From assembly GCF_006345805.1 (NCBI RefSeq), contig NC_043003.1:2976001-3040000 (forward strand): a stretch of 64,000 nt of DNA, in the 5' to 3' direction. Made by a program: the position numbers and the translations under genes. Source of the stretch: Octopus sinensis (lineage: Eukaryota). The notes beneath the pieces are model-generated. The model ran no database searches and was not told the DNA's origin. It was given only the letters and a program-made list of their open reading frames with translations. This document shows, one piece after another, positions 12,779-25,543 of this stretch (the stretch's first letter is position 1; each line of letters begins with the position of its first letter).

Positions 12779-14023
12779 TTAAGTTGGTGCACCTAGTTAA
12801 ACTGGAATAATATACACACGACAATAATTTGCAAATGTCAACCATGGGGTATAAGAATCAGCAGAATGAAATCCCTATGGGGCTTGCGGAAAATTTGATT
12901 CAACGGAGTATACAATCCACTCGTGAGCTATTCAGATGTGTACACTTTATTAAATGCATAGTCTGTTATAAACTTCAGGATATGTGAAGGGCATGTTGTG
13001 AGATAGGCGAATTATATATAAATAAATAACAAATGAAGAACAGGTGTCAATCCATGGATTGACACCTGTCCTTCATTTGTTATGTCTGTGTGTCACTTCA
13101 TACACGCCAGCTCAATGTGATTCGTTCTCAGTCGAAAGACACCTGTTGTTATATTCTTGTTTGTATTTGTAATTGTGTACCTTATTCTCCATTTTTTTGT
13201 CTTTGTTGTCGTACACATTTGTTAGCTTTCTTACAAAAAAGTCTAATGCTCTTAGCTTAGCTTTTTTAGGGGCAAGCACATTGAACAAGTGTAACTGCCC
13301 AAAACAGTAAGGACTTCTGGTATACTTGACTGAGGAAAGAGGGCCACAAATGACCCACCTTTTTCTGTCTGTCCTTCTAATTGCTGTTTGTCCTGTCTGC
13401 CTTTGTATTGTCTATCTGTCCGAATGTTTTATTGTCCTCTATTGCATTTTTGTTCCATTTTATATTGTACACATATCAGTAATACAGTGATTGTTTCTTA
13501 TCAGGAACAAAATGTTTAATAGGACTGCTATAGAAGTGCTCAATTGAATGAGACAAATATATTAAACTATGGTTGCAGAACAAACAATATAAGGTCATCC
13601 ACATAACATTTCATATCTCGAACATTTAATCACATAATGCTTTTTCTTTCACATAGAATTTACATGCATAAAATCACGGAAGATGAAACACAACCCATCA
13701 ATACAAGCATATAAGAAAAATGTGTGAATACAGTCCATCGTGGTTAAAAGTTAATGATTAATACTTTAGCGACTAAAAAATATATATAATAAATACATAA
13801 AAATATAAAGAAATATATAAATATATAGATATATAAAAAGATATAAAAATACATATATATAGGAAACATATAAATAAATAATATATAATATATAAGGTAA
13901 GAGAAAAGTTCATCGTTTAGAAATTTTTCGATTAAAAATTACTTTTCAGATAAGGGAAAACCTATTGTGAAAAGCCAGTGTCCAGGCAAAAAAAAAAAAA
14001 AAAAGGAAGAAACCATAGTTACA

Positions 14024-14105
14024 TTCCCTGTGGCCATTTCAGGGGTTCATCACCGTATTTAATGCACGAGGGTGCATCACGATAATTACTCCTTCATCAG
14101 GGAAA
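14024..14105 (-). ncRNA. Degenerate type-I hammerhead motif
   Basis: Minus strand: UUCC-CUGAUGA-AGG...CCU-GAAA-UGGCCA-CA-GGGAA; stems I-III can form, but the cleavage triplet is ACA rather than NUH. Confidence 0.5.
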
Positions 14106-15303
14106 AAATAAAGAAAATCTTACCTTATATATTATTTATTTATATGTTTCCTTTTGTTACCATATTTTATTCCTTTCATCCTCATCGTCATCGTTTAACG
14201 TCCATCTTCCATGCTGGCATGGGTTGGACGGTTTGACTGGGGATTGGCAAGCCAGGAGACTGCACCAGGCTCCAATGTGATCTGGCAGTGTTTCTACAGC
14301 AGGATGCCCTTCCTAATGTCAACCATTCTGGGAGTGTAGTGGATGCTTTTTACGTGCTTCCGGCACATTCCTTTCTTTCAGTCAATTTTTAAAATAATGA
14401 AATATTTAGTAAAATAATTGCCATTATTTAAGCCTGTGTTTGGAATATACAATAATGCCTCAATATACAAGTTAATTTGTTCCCTGAGACCACTTGTAAA
14501 GTAAAGCAATATTTTCCCATGAAATTTTATGCCATCATTTTACTCTGTTGCTATATACAGCTGCATAGATGTGTCAGAACTAGTGTTGCTGCATGTTGAT
14601 ACATGTTGCAACATTACCACACACACAAAATGGATGTTTAGCCTTTTTATACCCCTTGACTGGCCCCCGTGCCAGTGGCACGTAAAAAGTACTATCCAGA
14701 CATGATTGATGCCAGGCCTGCCTGGCTGGCTCCTGTGCCGGTGGCAGGTAAAAAGCACCCACTACACCCTCGGAGGGGTTGGTGTTAGGAAGAGCATCCA
14801 GCTGTAGAAACCTTGCCAGATCAGATTGGAGCCTGGTGCGGCCGCTGACTTTCCAGACCTCAGTCAAACCGTCCAACCCATGCCAGCATGGAAAACGGAC
14901 GTTAAACAATGGTGATGATGTAAAATAAAACTCGTAAACTCGGTTCCTCGTAAAGTGAGGTATTCTTGTAACTTCTTTCAATAAAAGAAAGCCAACAGCT
15001 TTGAAGCAGTTGCAATGTTCAACGGGTTCTTGTTTTGTCAACCTCTGAAAGCATGAAAGACACATTCAACCGTGGCAGAATTTGAACTTAGACCATAAAG
15101 AGCTGGAAGAAGGCCCACTGCTGTGGATATGTGGTTAGAATGTTGCAGGAAAGGATCACAAGAAGGATTCTTCAAGTTGAAGCCAACCAGCAAAACACCA
15201 AGAGCAAGATGGTTGGATAAGGTCCATAGTTGCAGTTGGTCACTTTTGGGAACCCAGTTGGAAGCTATATTGGCCCTTTCCTCACATGATCACTTTATAT
15301 GAA

Positions 15304-16887
15304 AGGCGGCAAGCTGGCAGAATCATTAGCACGCTGGGCAAAATGCTTAGTGGTAATTCATCTGTCTTTATGTTCTGTGTTCAAATTCCACCAAGGTTGA
15401 CTTTGCCTTTCATCCTTTCGGAGTTGGTAAATTAAGTACCAGTTGCATACAAGGGTCAATCTAAACGACTGGCCCCCTCCTCAAAAATTTCGGACCTTGT
15501 ACATACAGGACCCTGTAGAGGAGGTGCCTGAGGCTGCTACCTTGATGCTCCTTCCAGGAAAAATGGGTGGTGAATATGGTTGGATGGATTTTAATTTATA
15601 TCACTTTAAGACAGTTTGTATCATAGAAGCAGGGGTGACCATATGTGGGTTGGCGTCAAAAATAATTTTAGCATGCCTTGTAGGTTAGTTTTGGAGGTTC
15701 ACTTCTCATTTATTGTAACAAACTCCAACACAATTGCTGTCATTTCTATTGTTATATTTGTTGTTTTCTCTTTTTTCAAACTTTTCTCTTAAACCTTGAT
15801 CCATCTCAAAATTTTGTTGCCGTTTTTGCAGTTTGCTGGCTATTCAGAAAGAGCCCTTTCTGAGCGATTGATGGGATGTGAAGCCTCTATAATTATTACT
15901 GCAGGTCAGCACTTAAAGCCCACATCATAACACTTATATCAAATCTGTATAACATCTTACAGTTTATATATATTTGATATACCTGCCTAGCTGTTGCATT
16001 TACCCTCCCCCTGTAATTGTTAATTACTTGTTCGTTGTTGTATTTTTATATATAATTGGTTCAGTTTAATTAGTTTTAAATGTTGGTTTTGTTTGGTTGT
16101 GATTTCTTTATTTACTTCACTCTGACAAAATCGTTTCAAACTGAATGAGTTGCTTTGTTTCATTTTCTATAATGCTACTTTATGTTTTTGTATTTTAAAC
16201 TCTCTCACTGCTTCAGGAATGAAATTTTTTATTTGTAATTTTTTACGCGTAATTCTAATTTTTTTAATTTAAAAATAACAGGTAAATGCTGATATTTTAT
16301 TTTATTTTCAAAATGAAAGCAAATATTTTGTTTTTACTATCTTTTGGTTATTTAACTACAGCCATGCTGAGACGCCACCTTCTGGGGTCTTTTGTCAACT
16401 ATATTGATCCTCTCCTCGCAGGATTACTTTATCTGAAAAGCAGCAAGCTGGCAGAATCATTAGCATGCTGGGCGAAATGCTTAGTGGTAATTCGTCTGTC
16501 TTTACATTCTGAGTTCAAATTCCGCTGAGATTGACTTTGCCTTTCATTCTTTCGGAGTTGGTAAATTAAGTACCAGTTGCATACTGAGGTCGATCTAATT
16601 GACTGCCCTGCCCCCCCCCCCCCTAATTTTGAGCCTTGTGCCTAGAGTAGAGAAGAATATCTAATTCTTAGTGCGGCGAACTGGCAGAAACGTTAGCACG
16701 CTGGGCAAAATGCTTAGCAGTATTTCGTCTGTTTTTATGTTCTGAGTTCAAATTCCGCCGAGGTTAACTTTCCCTTTCATCCTTTTGGGGTCGATAATTT
16801 AAGTTCCAATTGCGTACAGGGGTGGATCTGATTGACTGGCCCCCTACCCAAAAATTTCGGGCCCTGTGCCTAGAGTAGAAAAGATTA
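15304..16887 (+). mobile_element. Three copies of SINE family B flanking exon A (about 15304-15510, 16437-16660, 16672-16887). Other copies at about 32811-33020, 34283-34490(-), 37493-37680, 45374-45580, 50180-50355, 59217-59430, 63516-63710
   Basis: Head ggcggcgagctggcagaaacgttagc...gagttcaaattcc; tail gtgcctagagtagaaaag. Confidence 0.85.
15832..15904 (+). CDS. ACSS2: ACSS alternative exon A (73 nt, phase 0 to 1): FAGYSERALSERLMGCEASIIITA
   Basis: ccgtttttgcag|TTTGCTGGC...ACTGCAG|gtcagc; open frame; homologous to the FAGFS.ESL..RI.D....ITAD segment. Confidence 0.85.
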
Positions 16888-17049
16888 TTACTTTATGTGA
16901 GACTTAGTTGATCAGTCTTTTAAAGAAGAATGGCAACGTTGACTTGAGCACAGGTTTTTGAACTGAGAATATAAAAAGAGAAAAGCAAATGCCATAAGAA
17001 ATATTTTATTCAACATTCTGCTGATTCTGCCGAGTCACCTGCAAATTTA

Positions 17050-17085
<36 letters not shown>

Positions 17086-17981
17086 ACACACACATTTGAT
17101 GAATTTCTACACAGCCCCTTTTCTTAAATTTCACTTACAAGTGCTGCAAACTTCAGTGAATTCTTTCGGGAATTCTTCATTCCTTACTCTACACAGACAT
17201 GGACACATTCGTTCATGCACGCACAATATATTCAGAAGATGAGCATCAAAATCTATGGTTGAAAGCATTTGTCTAGGCTGCTATGCGGTGAGATCATATG
17301 TGCAACAATGTGGCTGTTAAGTAAATTTCTTAAAGACAGAGCCTGTATATATATATATATATATATATATAACGTATATAATTAGGGCTTAGTAAAATAA
17401 ATTACTTTGCCACATACTGAAATTTTTAGAAATAGCAGCCAAAAAGTTTTTTTAGCTATTTCCACTACTTTAAGAAAAAGTCTCCCAGATAATGTTTACT
17501 CAAAAATAACTCACGAAGTTTTACCTCCATATCTTCGTGAGTTATTTTTGAGTAAACATTATCTGGGAGACTTTTTCTTAAAGTAGTGGAAATAGCTAAA
17601 AAAAACTTTTTGGCTGCTATTTCTAAAAATTTCAGTAGTGGCAAAGTAATTTATTTTACTAAGCCCTAATTATATAACGTAATATTTTGAATACACCTTA
17701 AATGGTCCTTTTACATACTGAACACTACTGGTGAAATTAATTAATACTAATTGATTTTACCCTTAATTATGGATATATATAATAATATATATATACTACA
17801 AAATTAGAGATGGAGAGAAACATACTTAAATCAATAAAAACAACTATCCGATGATACCAATCATACTTTAATACACCATTACATATGAGTAAAGGCATTA
17901 TATAAAATGAGATATACAGTAATAGTAAAAAGATAAAGAGATATAAGTAAAAAATTTTCAAATATAATATGCAATTAAATC

Positions 17982-18095
17982 AAAACTGACAGCTGTTTCG
18001 GCAGTGAGGGCAGTCATCATACCTCATTTAACTTCTAGCCATAAGGCAGGTATAAATGAGGCATTAACAAGATGCCACGGCCTCTTCAGAGAATT
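17982..18095 (-). ncRNA. Type-I hammerhead motif with long stem II insert and GUC site
   Basis: Minus strand: CUGAAGA (18089-83), GGC...GCC stem II base, GAAA (17999-96), palindromic stem III ACAGCUGU, GUC; stem I AAUUCU/AGUUUU has two U-U mismatches. Confidence 0.6.
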
Positions 18096-20133
18096 AAATT
18101 AAATTTGTTATAATTGTGAAAAATATAATATAACCATATACATATAAATATAAAATATATAAAAAATGTAAAATATAAAAATATAAAAACTTATACCATA
18201 ATGCTACACTTATATAATATAATATCATTGGTACAATAAAGGAAGGTAAACAGAACAAAATAAAACAAAAATATATTCGGTGTATATACTAATATTAATA
18301 AGTACCGATATTATACATATTTGGCTAATAGTTTTTTTTTAAAAAACTAACACATAGGGAGATGAAAAATAATAATTAAAACCCATGGTTCAGTTCATAA
18401 AATTTAAAGCTATGAAAGTTAATAAAATTACTATTAATATAATAATAATAATAATAATAAAATAATAATAATAATAATAGATACAGTTAAGTTAGCACCA
18501 AGTCCATCCTTTCAAGATCGAAATAACTATGAGTTTTAGAAATGCTGATCACTAGGTAAAGACAATTTAGATTAATTCGATGGCTATTGTTTGAAATTTA
18601 ATCACAAAAGAAATTATACGGTTGGTTAGTCACGGAACGCCAATATTCACACACGCATCTACAGATCAATCGCACATACACACATAGTTATATGTATATA
18701 CATACACTTATACACATACATAATCACAAGCAACAACTAGCACATAGATAAAAAAAGGGAAGCAGCTATGCTACCATTTAGTCCTTCAAAATTATAACTG
18801 TGCTTCAAATAACGAAAAAAGAACCACCCATGCATTCATAAAATATTTAATTTAGATATAAATATATTTTTAATATCAATATGTTACTAAGTCAGAAAAT
18901 TATTTCATGGGTAACTTAAAATTTATAACACCGGTTGTTGCATAGTAACATACGGTTGTTAGATTTATCGTAAGTTTGTTATGATTCCAAGTACGCTAAA
19001 TTATAAAATATAAAATATATATTAATTTTATATTATAAATAAATCACTTATTTACTTAATAATTTAATGCCATAATATACCAGTTTAGGCATTAAAAAAT
19101 AGAAGGGGAAGTACTAATGTAAACGCTTATGAGAACATCACAGAAATTTTTAAAAAATTTATATTATAAATACTTAAGGTAAAATGTGAAAAGATAAAAA
19201 GAAGGAGTAAAAACTAAGGAATAAATACGGTTATACACATATTATAAGTACAAACCAGTATATATGTATTCATATATTATTATATTCATATATATATATA
19301 TATATTATCATTATCATTCAACAACCATGTCCCATGCTGGTATGGGTTGGGCGGTTTGACAAGGATTGGATGTGTTCGTGAACTGCATTTAGCTCCAACT
19401 GCCTGTTTTGGCATGGTCTTTATGGCTGGATTCCCTTCCTAACACCAACCACTTTCAAGCGTACTGAGTGCTTTTTTCAAACCACTTGTACCATTGAGGT
19501 TGCCATGTGGCTTGCACAGCTTCAAGCTCAGAGGGTTGGGTTTCATCTATATATATATATAATATTAAAAGATGGATAATGAAGGAACACATGGCAAATT
19601 CACACACAACACATTGACACGCTCTTCTCTTGTCAGTCATTGCCCAAAAACCAGAACAATTTCATGTCTTTGTTCATTTTGGTGGCGTCAGCAGCAAAAG
19701 GCTGCTGGGAATGAGTGAATGTAAAGAACAATAACATTTGTTTCTCTTTTACAATTCATGAGTTTCTGTTAGACGAACCATTTTATTTCTATGAATGCAA
19801 ACTTATACATACACTGTTTATAAACTTTTATTCTTTTTTTATAGTATTGTTGTTAGAATTAATTGTTATATTTTAATGAAAATTTGTCTTCAAAAAAAAA
19901 AATACTTTGCATATTGTCTGCATGTTGTAGCTTCTATGTAGCTTACCTGTAAATGCAAACAATTTATACCTTGTATTTATTAGTGCAGTGTTTCAACTGT
20001 TTTGTAATGGCAATCTCTCGTCTGTCAATGTTGTTTAGGATTCTTTCCACTGCTGTTCATAATCTTCGTCAGAACTTTATATTCCTATTACTAAGGTGTT
20101 GCCAAAAATATCTTTGGAATCAATGTTTGGAAA

Positions 20134-20173
<40 letters not shown>

Positions 20174-20892
20174 AATTCTAATCATTCGAGTGAGATGAAT
20201 TGTTGTTAAATGTGATTTAACAATTTCTTTTTCTGTTTCTCTCTCTTATTTCAAATATAAAAAATGCATTTATTGTCTGTTTTTTATGAATTCAAATATT
20301 TTCTTCTGCTATTAAAACAGTGAAATTTGCATTTTGAGACCAGCCTAATGTTGAAAGAAGGTTCCATTAGATTTGTTTGAAATTTTAATCTTTTGATTCG
20401 GTCTTTAACCTGCTTCAGTAAAATCTAGAGAAGGGTTATTTGTAGGACTTGTGTATAGCAAGATTTTTCACAGCAGATTGGCACCGGCATGCAAGTGGTG
20501 TTCTTCATTCCCTATATTCCAAGAAAACACATCGGGTCATAGGGAATAATTACCTGACTTAAAAACAAACGAGGGTTGGCAACATGAAGGGCCTCTGGCC
20601 GTAGAAAATCTGCCTCAATAAATTCCATACAATCCATTCTAGCAGGTAAAAAATAGACATGACCAATATCTTACAGAAATGGTGAAGTGGTGGAGTTTAC
20701 TGCTTTCCTACCATTATAAAAGTGAGAACTCTCATGAAATAGGTATGCCCCTATCATTGCTTTTCTGTAATGAATTGGGTTTTAAATTGGCAATGCGTTT
20801 TAAAACCCAATTCATTATAGATAAGCAATGATAGGGGCCATCCCTATTTCATGAGTAAACCGTCTAAACCATATTAGTATGGTACTTGTTTA

Positions 20893-21392
20893 CCATAAAT
20901 CCTCGAATATAGTCCGCCCTTGAGTATAATATGCAGGGGATTTTTAGGGGGTTGTATCTCTGAAAAACCTAAACCCTGTGTATAATACGCACCCCTTCTC
21001 TAACTTGAGTCAAGGAGATCTATGTAATGTCCTTAGTTTGTAAAAATGTATATGATAACGTCCTTTATTATTATTGTATATATAACATAATGCAAACGTG
21101 TAGCTTTTTTGTGCATTTTGTTTGCAGAAAATAAAGAAGTAACAGTAATAACGTTTAATAAATGTTGCTTACTGCAAGTTATGGATGATTCTTTTATGAC
21201 TTCATTGCTTTCAGGTATTTTCGTGCCCGACATCACAAAATACATCGGAATAAACATTGCCGGACAGCAAATAGAGACTCGGACATTGCTTAGAAAATAA
21301 TTTCCATTTTTAACCTCGTGTATAATATGCACTAGGGATTTTGACCTTTAAATTTTTGGGGAAAAATGCAGATTATACACAAGGATTTATGG
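20893..21392. mobile_element. 500-bp Tc1/mariner-superfamily (pogo/Tigger-like) MITE
   Basis: TA|CCATAAATCCT...AGGATTTATGG|TA with imperfect ~25-bp TIRs and repeated subterminal gtgtataat motifs. Confidence 0.8.
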
Positions 21393-22631
21393 TATTACAA
21401 AGTTAAGTGGGGCTGTTTTGGTTGTACATGATGGTGCTTCCTTAGCCAAGGATTGAACCTACATTGGATAAATTAGTTAGGTACGACAGCCATTCATTAG
21501 AATAAATTAATTAGGTGTGAGGGCTTTTCATTGGAGACAGATTAATTATCCTTATTAAGTTTTGGATGATTAATTACTAGATTTCTCAAAAAAAAATATA
21601 ATCTGCAACATTCAGGTCAGCTTTGCTAGATTGAGATCAAAACTTATTTTTGCTGTTTCGCTAAAAGCAGAAAAGATTAGTTGAAATTGTTTGAGATCGT
21701 GTGTGTGTCTGTGTGTGTGTGTTTGTGTGCGCACTTTATTATGTATGTGTTATACATAATATTTTTGTGTGATGGTGAATTTTTGATCCATTTTCATTTA
21801 ACTGATTTCTTCTGTTCACAGCCATGGTTTGCTTGGAAAGTCTTGTTCCCATTTCATCTGCCATTTGAACCAGGAATATCATCTATTTTATGAATTATGT
21901 GTGTATGTATGTGTATATATGTATATATATATACACACACACAATTCATAAAATAAATGATATTCATGGTTCAAATATATATATGTATGTATGTATGTAT
22001 GTATATCTATCTCTATATATATATATGTGTATATATCTATCTATCTATCTATCTATATATATCATCATCATCATCATCATCATCGTTTAACGTCCGTTCT
22101 CCATGCTAGCATGGGTTGGACGGTTCGACCGGGGTTCTGGGAAGCCAGAAGGCTGCACCAGGCTCCAGTCTAATCTGGCAATGTTTCTACAGCTGGATGC
22201 CCTTCCTAACGCCAACCACTCCGTGAGTGTAATGGGTGCCTATTACGTGCCACCTGCACAGGTGCCAGGTGAGGCTGGCAACGGCCACGGTCAGATTGGT
22301 GTATTTTATGTGCCACCGGCACGGAAGCCAGTCGAGGCGGTGCTGGCATCGGCCACGAGTCGGATAGTGCTTTTTGCGTACCACCAGACCAGGGATCCTG
22401 GCTGGTTCAATTCGATTTCGATTTCGCTTGCCCCAACATGTCTTCACAAGCAAAGGGGGTTGGCATGGGTGCCTGTCGTACGGTCGCATTGGAGTATTTT
22501 ACGTGCCACGGCCACGAGTCGGATAGTGCTTTTTACGTACCACCAGACCAGGGATCCTGGCTGGTTCAATTCGATCCGACTCGTGGCCGTGGCACGTAAA
22601 TATATATATATATATATATATAATCTATATA

Positions 22632-22669
<38 letters not shown>

Positions 22670-22678
22670 CTATATATC

Positions 22679-22709
<31 letters not shown>

Positions 22710-22820
22710 TATATATATATTATATATATATAATCTATAGAATCTATATATATATATATATATATATAATATTATATATATATATATATCTATATATATA
22801 TATATATAATCTATATATCT

Positions 22821-22851
<31 letters not shown>

Positions 22852-22986
22852 TATATATAATATTAATTAGAGACAAAACCACTATTTTGCAAATCAAACA
22901 AGGAAACACTTAATCAATACATAAAAAAATTTTAATATATATATATATAGTGTGTGTGTGTGTGTGTATATCTATCTAGCTATCTA

Positions 22987-23025
<39 letters not shown>

Positions 23026-23468
23026 AAATATATTATGTGTGTGGTGTGTATTATATATCTCTATGTGTGTGTGTGTATGTGATATATATCTATATGTGTG
23101 TGTGTGTATGTATATATATCTATATGTATTTATATCTATATGTATTTATATGTATGTGTGTATGTATATATATCTATATGTATTTATATGTATGTGTGTA
23201 TGTATATATATCTATATGTATTTATATGTATGTGTGTATGTATATATATCTATATATATATGTGTGTGTATGTATATGTATTATATATATATATTATATA
23301 TGTATATATATATATATAATGGTGTTGTGTGTGTGTGTGTTTATATATATCTATATATATATATATACCGGAGAGTAAAAAACATAAATGTGAAACAAGG
23401 TGGAAAAAAGAGTACTCAAATACCAGTGGTAGAGTAATATGCTTTATTTTAAGCAGCAGAAATTCAAC

Positions 23469-23516
23469 AAAATCTGTTACTCTGAGTTTCTCGTTACCGT
23501 TCATCAGACAGTTTTT
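23469..23516 (-). ncRNA. Minimal type-I hammerhead ribozyme motif (mirror copy, antisense)
   Basis: Reverse-complement copy of the 23523-23570 motif; CUGAUGA at 23507-23501, GAAA at 23490-23487. Confidence 0.7.
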
Positions 23517-23522
23517 GCTAGC

Positions 23523-23570
23523 AAAAACTGTCTGATGAACGGTAACGAGAAACTCAGAGTAACAGATTTT
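23523..23570 (+). ncRNA. Minimal type-I hammerhead ribozyme motif (sense to the ACSS pre-mRNA)
   Basis: Stem I CUGU(23528-31)/ACAG(23562-65); CUGAUGA 23532-38; stem II A-CG-GUAA-CG-A; GAAA 23549-52; near-palindromic stem III ACUC-A-GAGU; GUA cleavage triplet 23559-61. Confidence 0.7.
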
Positions 23571-24620
23571 GTTGAATTTTCTGCTGCTTAAAATAAGTAT
23601 ATATATATATATATATAATATATATGTATGTATATATATATGTATGTATATATATATGTATGTATATATATAGGTATGTATATATATATGTATGTATATA
23701 TATATGTATGTATATATATATGTATGTATATATATATATGTATGTATATAGTATGTATGTATATATATGTATGTATGTTATATATGTATGTATATTATAT
23801 ATATATATGTATGGATATATATATATGTATGTATATATATATATATGTATGTATATGTATGTATATATGTTATGTATGTATATATGTATATGTATGTATA
23901 TATGTATATGTATGTATATATATATGTATGTTATAATATATGTATGATATATATTAATATGTAGTATGTATATATATGTATGTATATATATATAATGTCT
24001 GTATATATATATTGTATGTATATGTATGTATGTATTATATGTATGTATATATATATATGTATGGTATATAATATATAATGTATGTATAATATATAGTTAG
24101 TATATATGTATAGATATATATGTATGTATATGTATGTATTATATATATTGTATGTATATATATATATGTATATATTTCCTGAGCGCCATACTAATACAAT
24201 TGTTCGTTTGTTTTCCACCTGCCTTCGTCTTTTGTTTATTTTCATAAAGCTTCCCGTTATATATATATATATGGTGTGTGTGTGTGCGTGTGTGTGTATA
24301 TATACACAGTATATATATGTATACACACACACACACACACATATATGTATATGCGTATATATATACATATATATATGTATATGTGTATATACACACATAA
24401 TTATTTTTTATGTTTCTGTATTTTCAGTATTGCTTCTCTTGTTTATTTCTTCCCTTGTAGCACAATCAATCTTTTACCATTTCTTCAGCCTTCTTGGAAC
24501 ATTTTCTCACAATAATTTTCTCCACTCGAAAGACACATTGTTTGCATCCTCCCATCAACATGTCCCCCCTTTTTTTTTATATTGTATTACATTACATTAT
24601 GTTATATTATATGGGCATGG

Positions 24621-25072
24621 ACACATTGAAACTCCGATGTCTGGCAGCTGACTTGGCAGACACCCATAAAATTATCAACCATCGTACAAACAATAACTCT
24701 GAGTATCTTTTCAAACTCCACCTGTCTAACACCCGTGGACACATTTACAAAGTCAGAAAACAGCACAGCTCCCATGACTTCAGGAAACATTTTTTCCCAC
24801 TAAGAGTTGCTGAAGCATGGAACAGATTGCCAGCATCAGCTGTTAGTTGTCGGAGCACTGCATCCTTCAAAACTTCCATGCTTCCTGAGATTCGCCAACA
24901 CTACACCTGATTTTCTCCCCTCCATACACACGCAAGCATGTATCTGACTCATACACTGTTCACTTTCCAGACATTTCTACATTACTGCATATACATTATG
25001 TGCTTTTGACAAGTTGTGGTGCACCTGAGCACTGTATACAATAATTTCATTATTATATATTATTATTATATT
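24621..25072 (+). mobile_element. CR1-clade LINE 3' end
   Basis: ORF 24494..24910: TRGH.YK......DFRKHFF..RV...WNRLP......FK; followed by a 3' UTR and (TTA)n-like tail. Confidence 0.85.
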
Positions 25073-25510
25073 CAGCTTTTTATGTATTTAATTAAAGAGG
25101 TAAGTACCACGCCCCTAGACTAATGAGTTCATTCATTAATACGTGTGGGGAAGAAACAGGGGCTAAATTTGTGGGTTTGAAATCCAGTAGGGCTGTGAGG
25201 GGGGGAAGTGAAATTGGGCTTTAGGTTGACTTAGGACATGTTTGAACAATCAGAAATCATTAGAATAGACACAGAGAGAGGAAACCGGGGATCTGGGACC
25301 CAGGGGCTGCAGTGTATCGGTGAGTGAGTGTTGACCAGTCAGCTAGATGAGGTGGGGTGTTTGCAGTGTTGCCTCAGATATTGAGTAATATGGGACCCTA
25401 ATGGAGCAGCAGGGACCGAGCAAATGATGATGACTGAGACACTTTCAGATCCTGAAGAGGAAGTTTAACCTTTGGGATATAGTTTCCACCTTCTAATGGA
25501 TGGACAGATG

Positions 25511-25543
<33 letters not shown>

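Larger units (their letters stand above)
22600..24420. repeat. About 1.8 kb compound (AT)n/(ATGT)n/(GT)n microsatellite field
   Basis: Directly visible; it is the source of the IY/YV/CV-repeat ORFs. Confidence 0.95.

Noticed and set aside
5958-15821. 8-nt docking/selector match (ggcaacaa at 5958 with ttgttgcc at 15814)
   Set aside because: Too short to distinguish from chance without conservation data.
19637-19714. Possible third alternative exon (contains FGGVSS; AG acceptor; open 78 nt)
   Set aside because: Wrong length and phase (1-1). FGG is not at the exon start, there is no ITA ending, the donor is weak, and inclusion would destroy the conserved Asp.
20030-20075. CUGACGA...GAAA on the - strand (also CTGATGA/CTGAAGA inside exons and RTE copies)
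   Set aside because: No stems I-III or NUH site can be formed.
22103-24651. Long ORFs (255, 161, 181 aa and others)
   Set aside because: They are translations of microsatellites and RTE tails; low complexity, no homology.
25360-25440. Very old RT remnant on the - strand (resembles GVPQGSILGPILFNI)
   Set aside because: Needs several frameshifts to read; too degraded to call.
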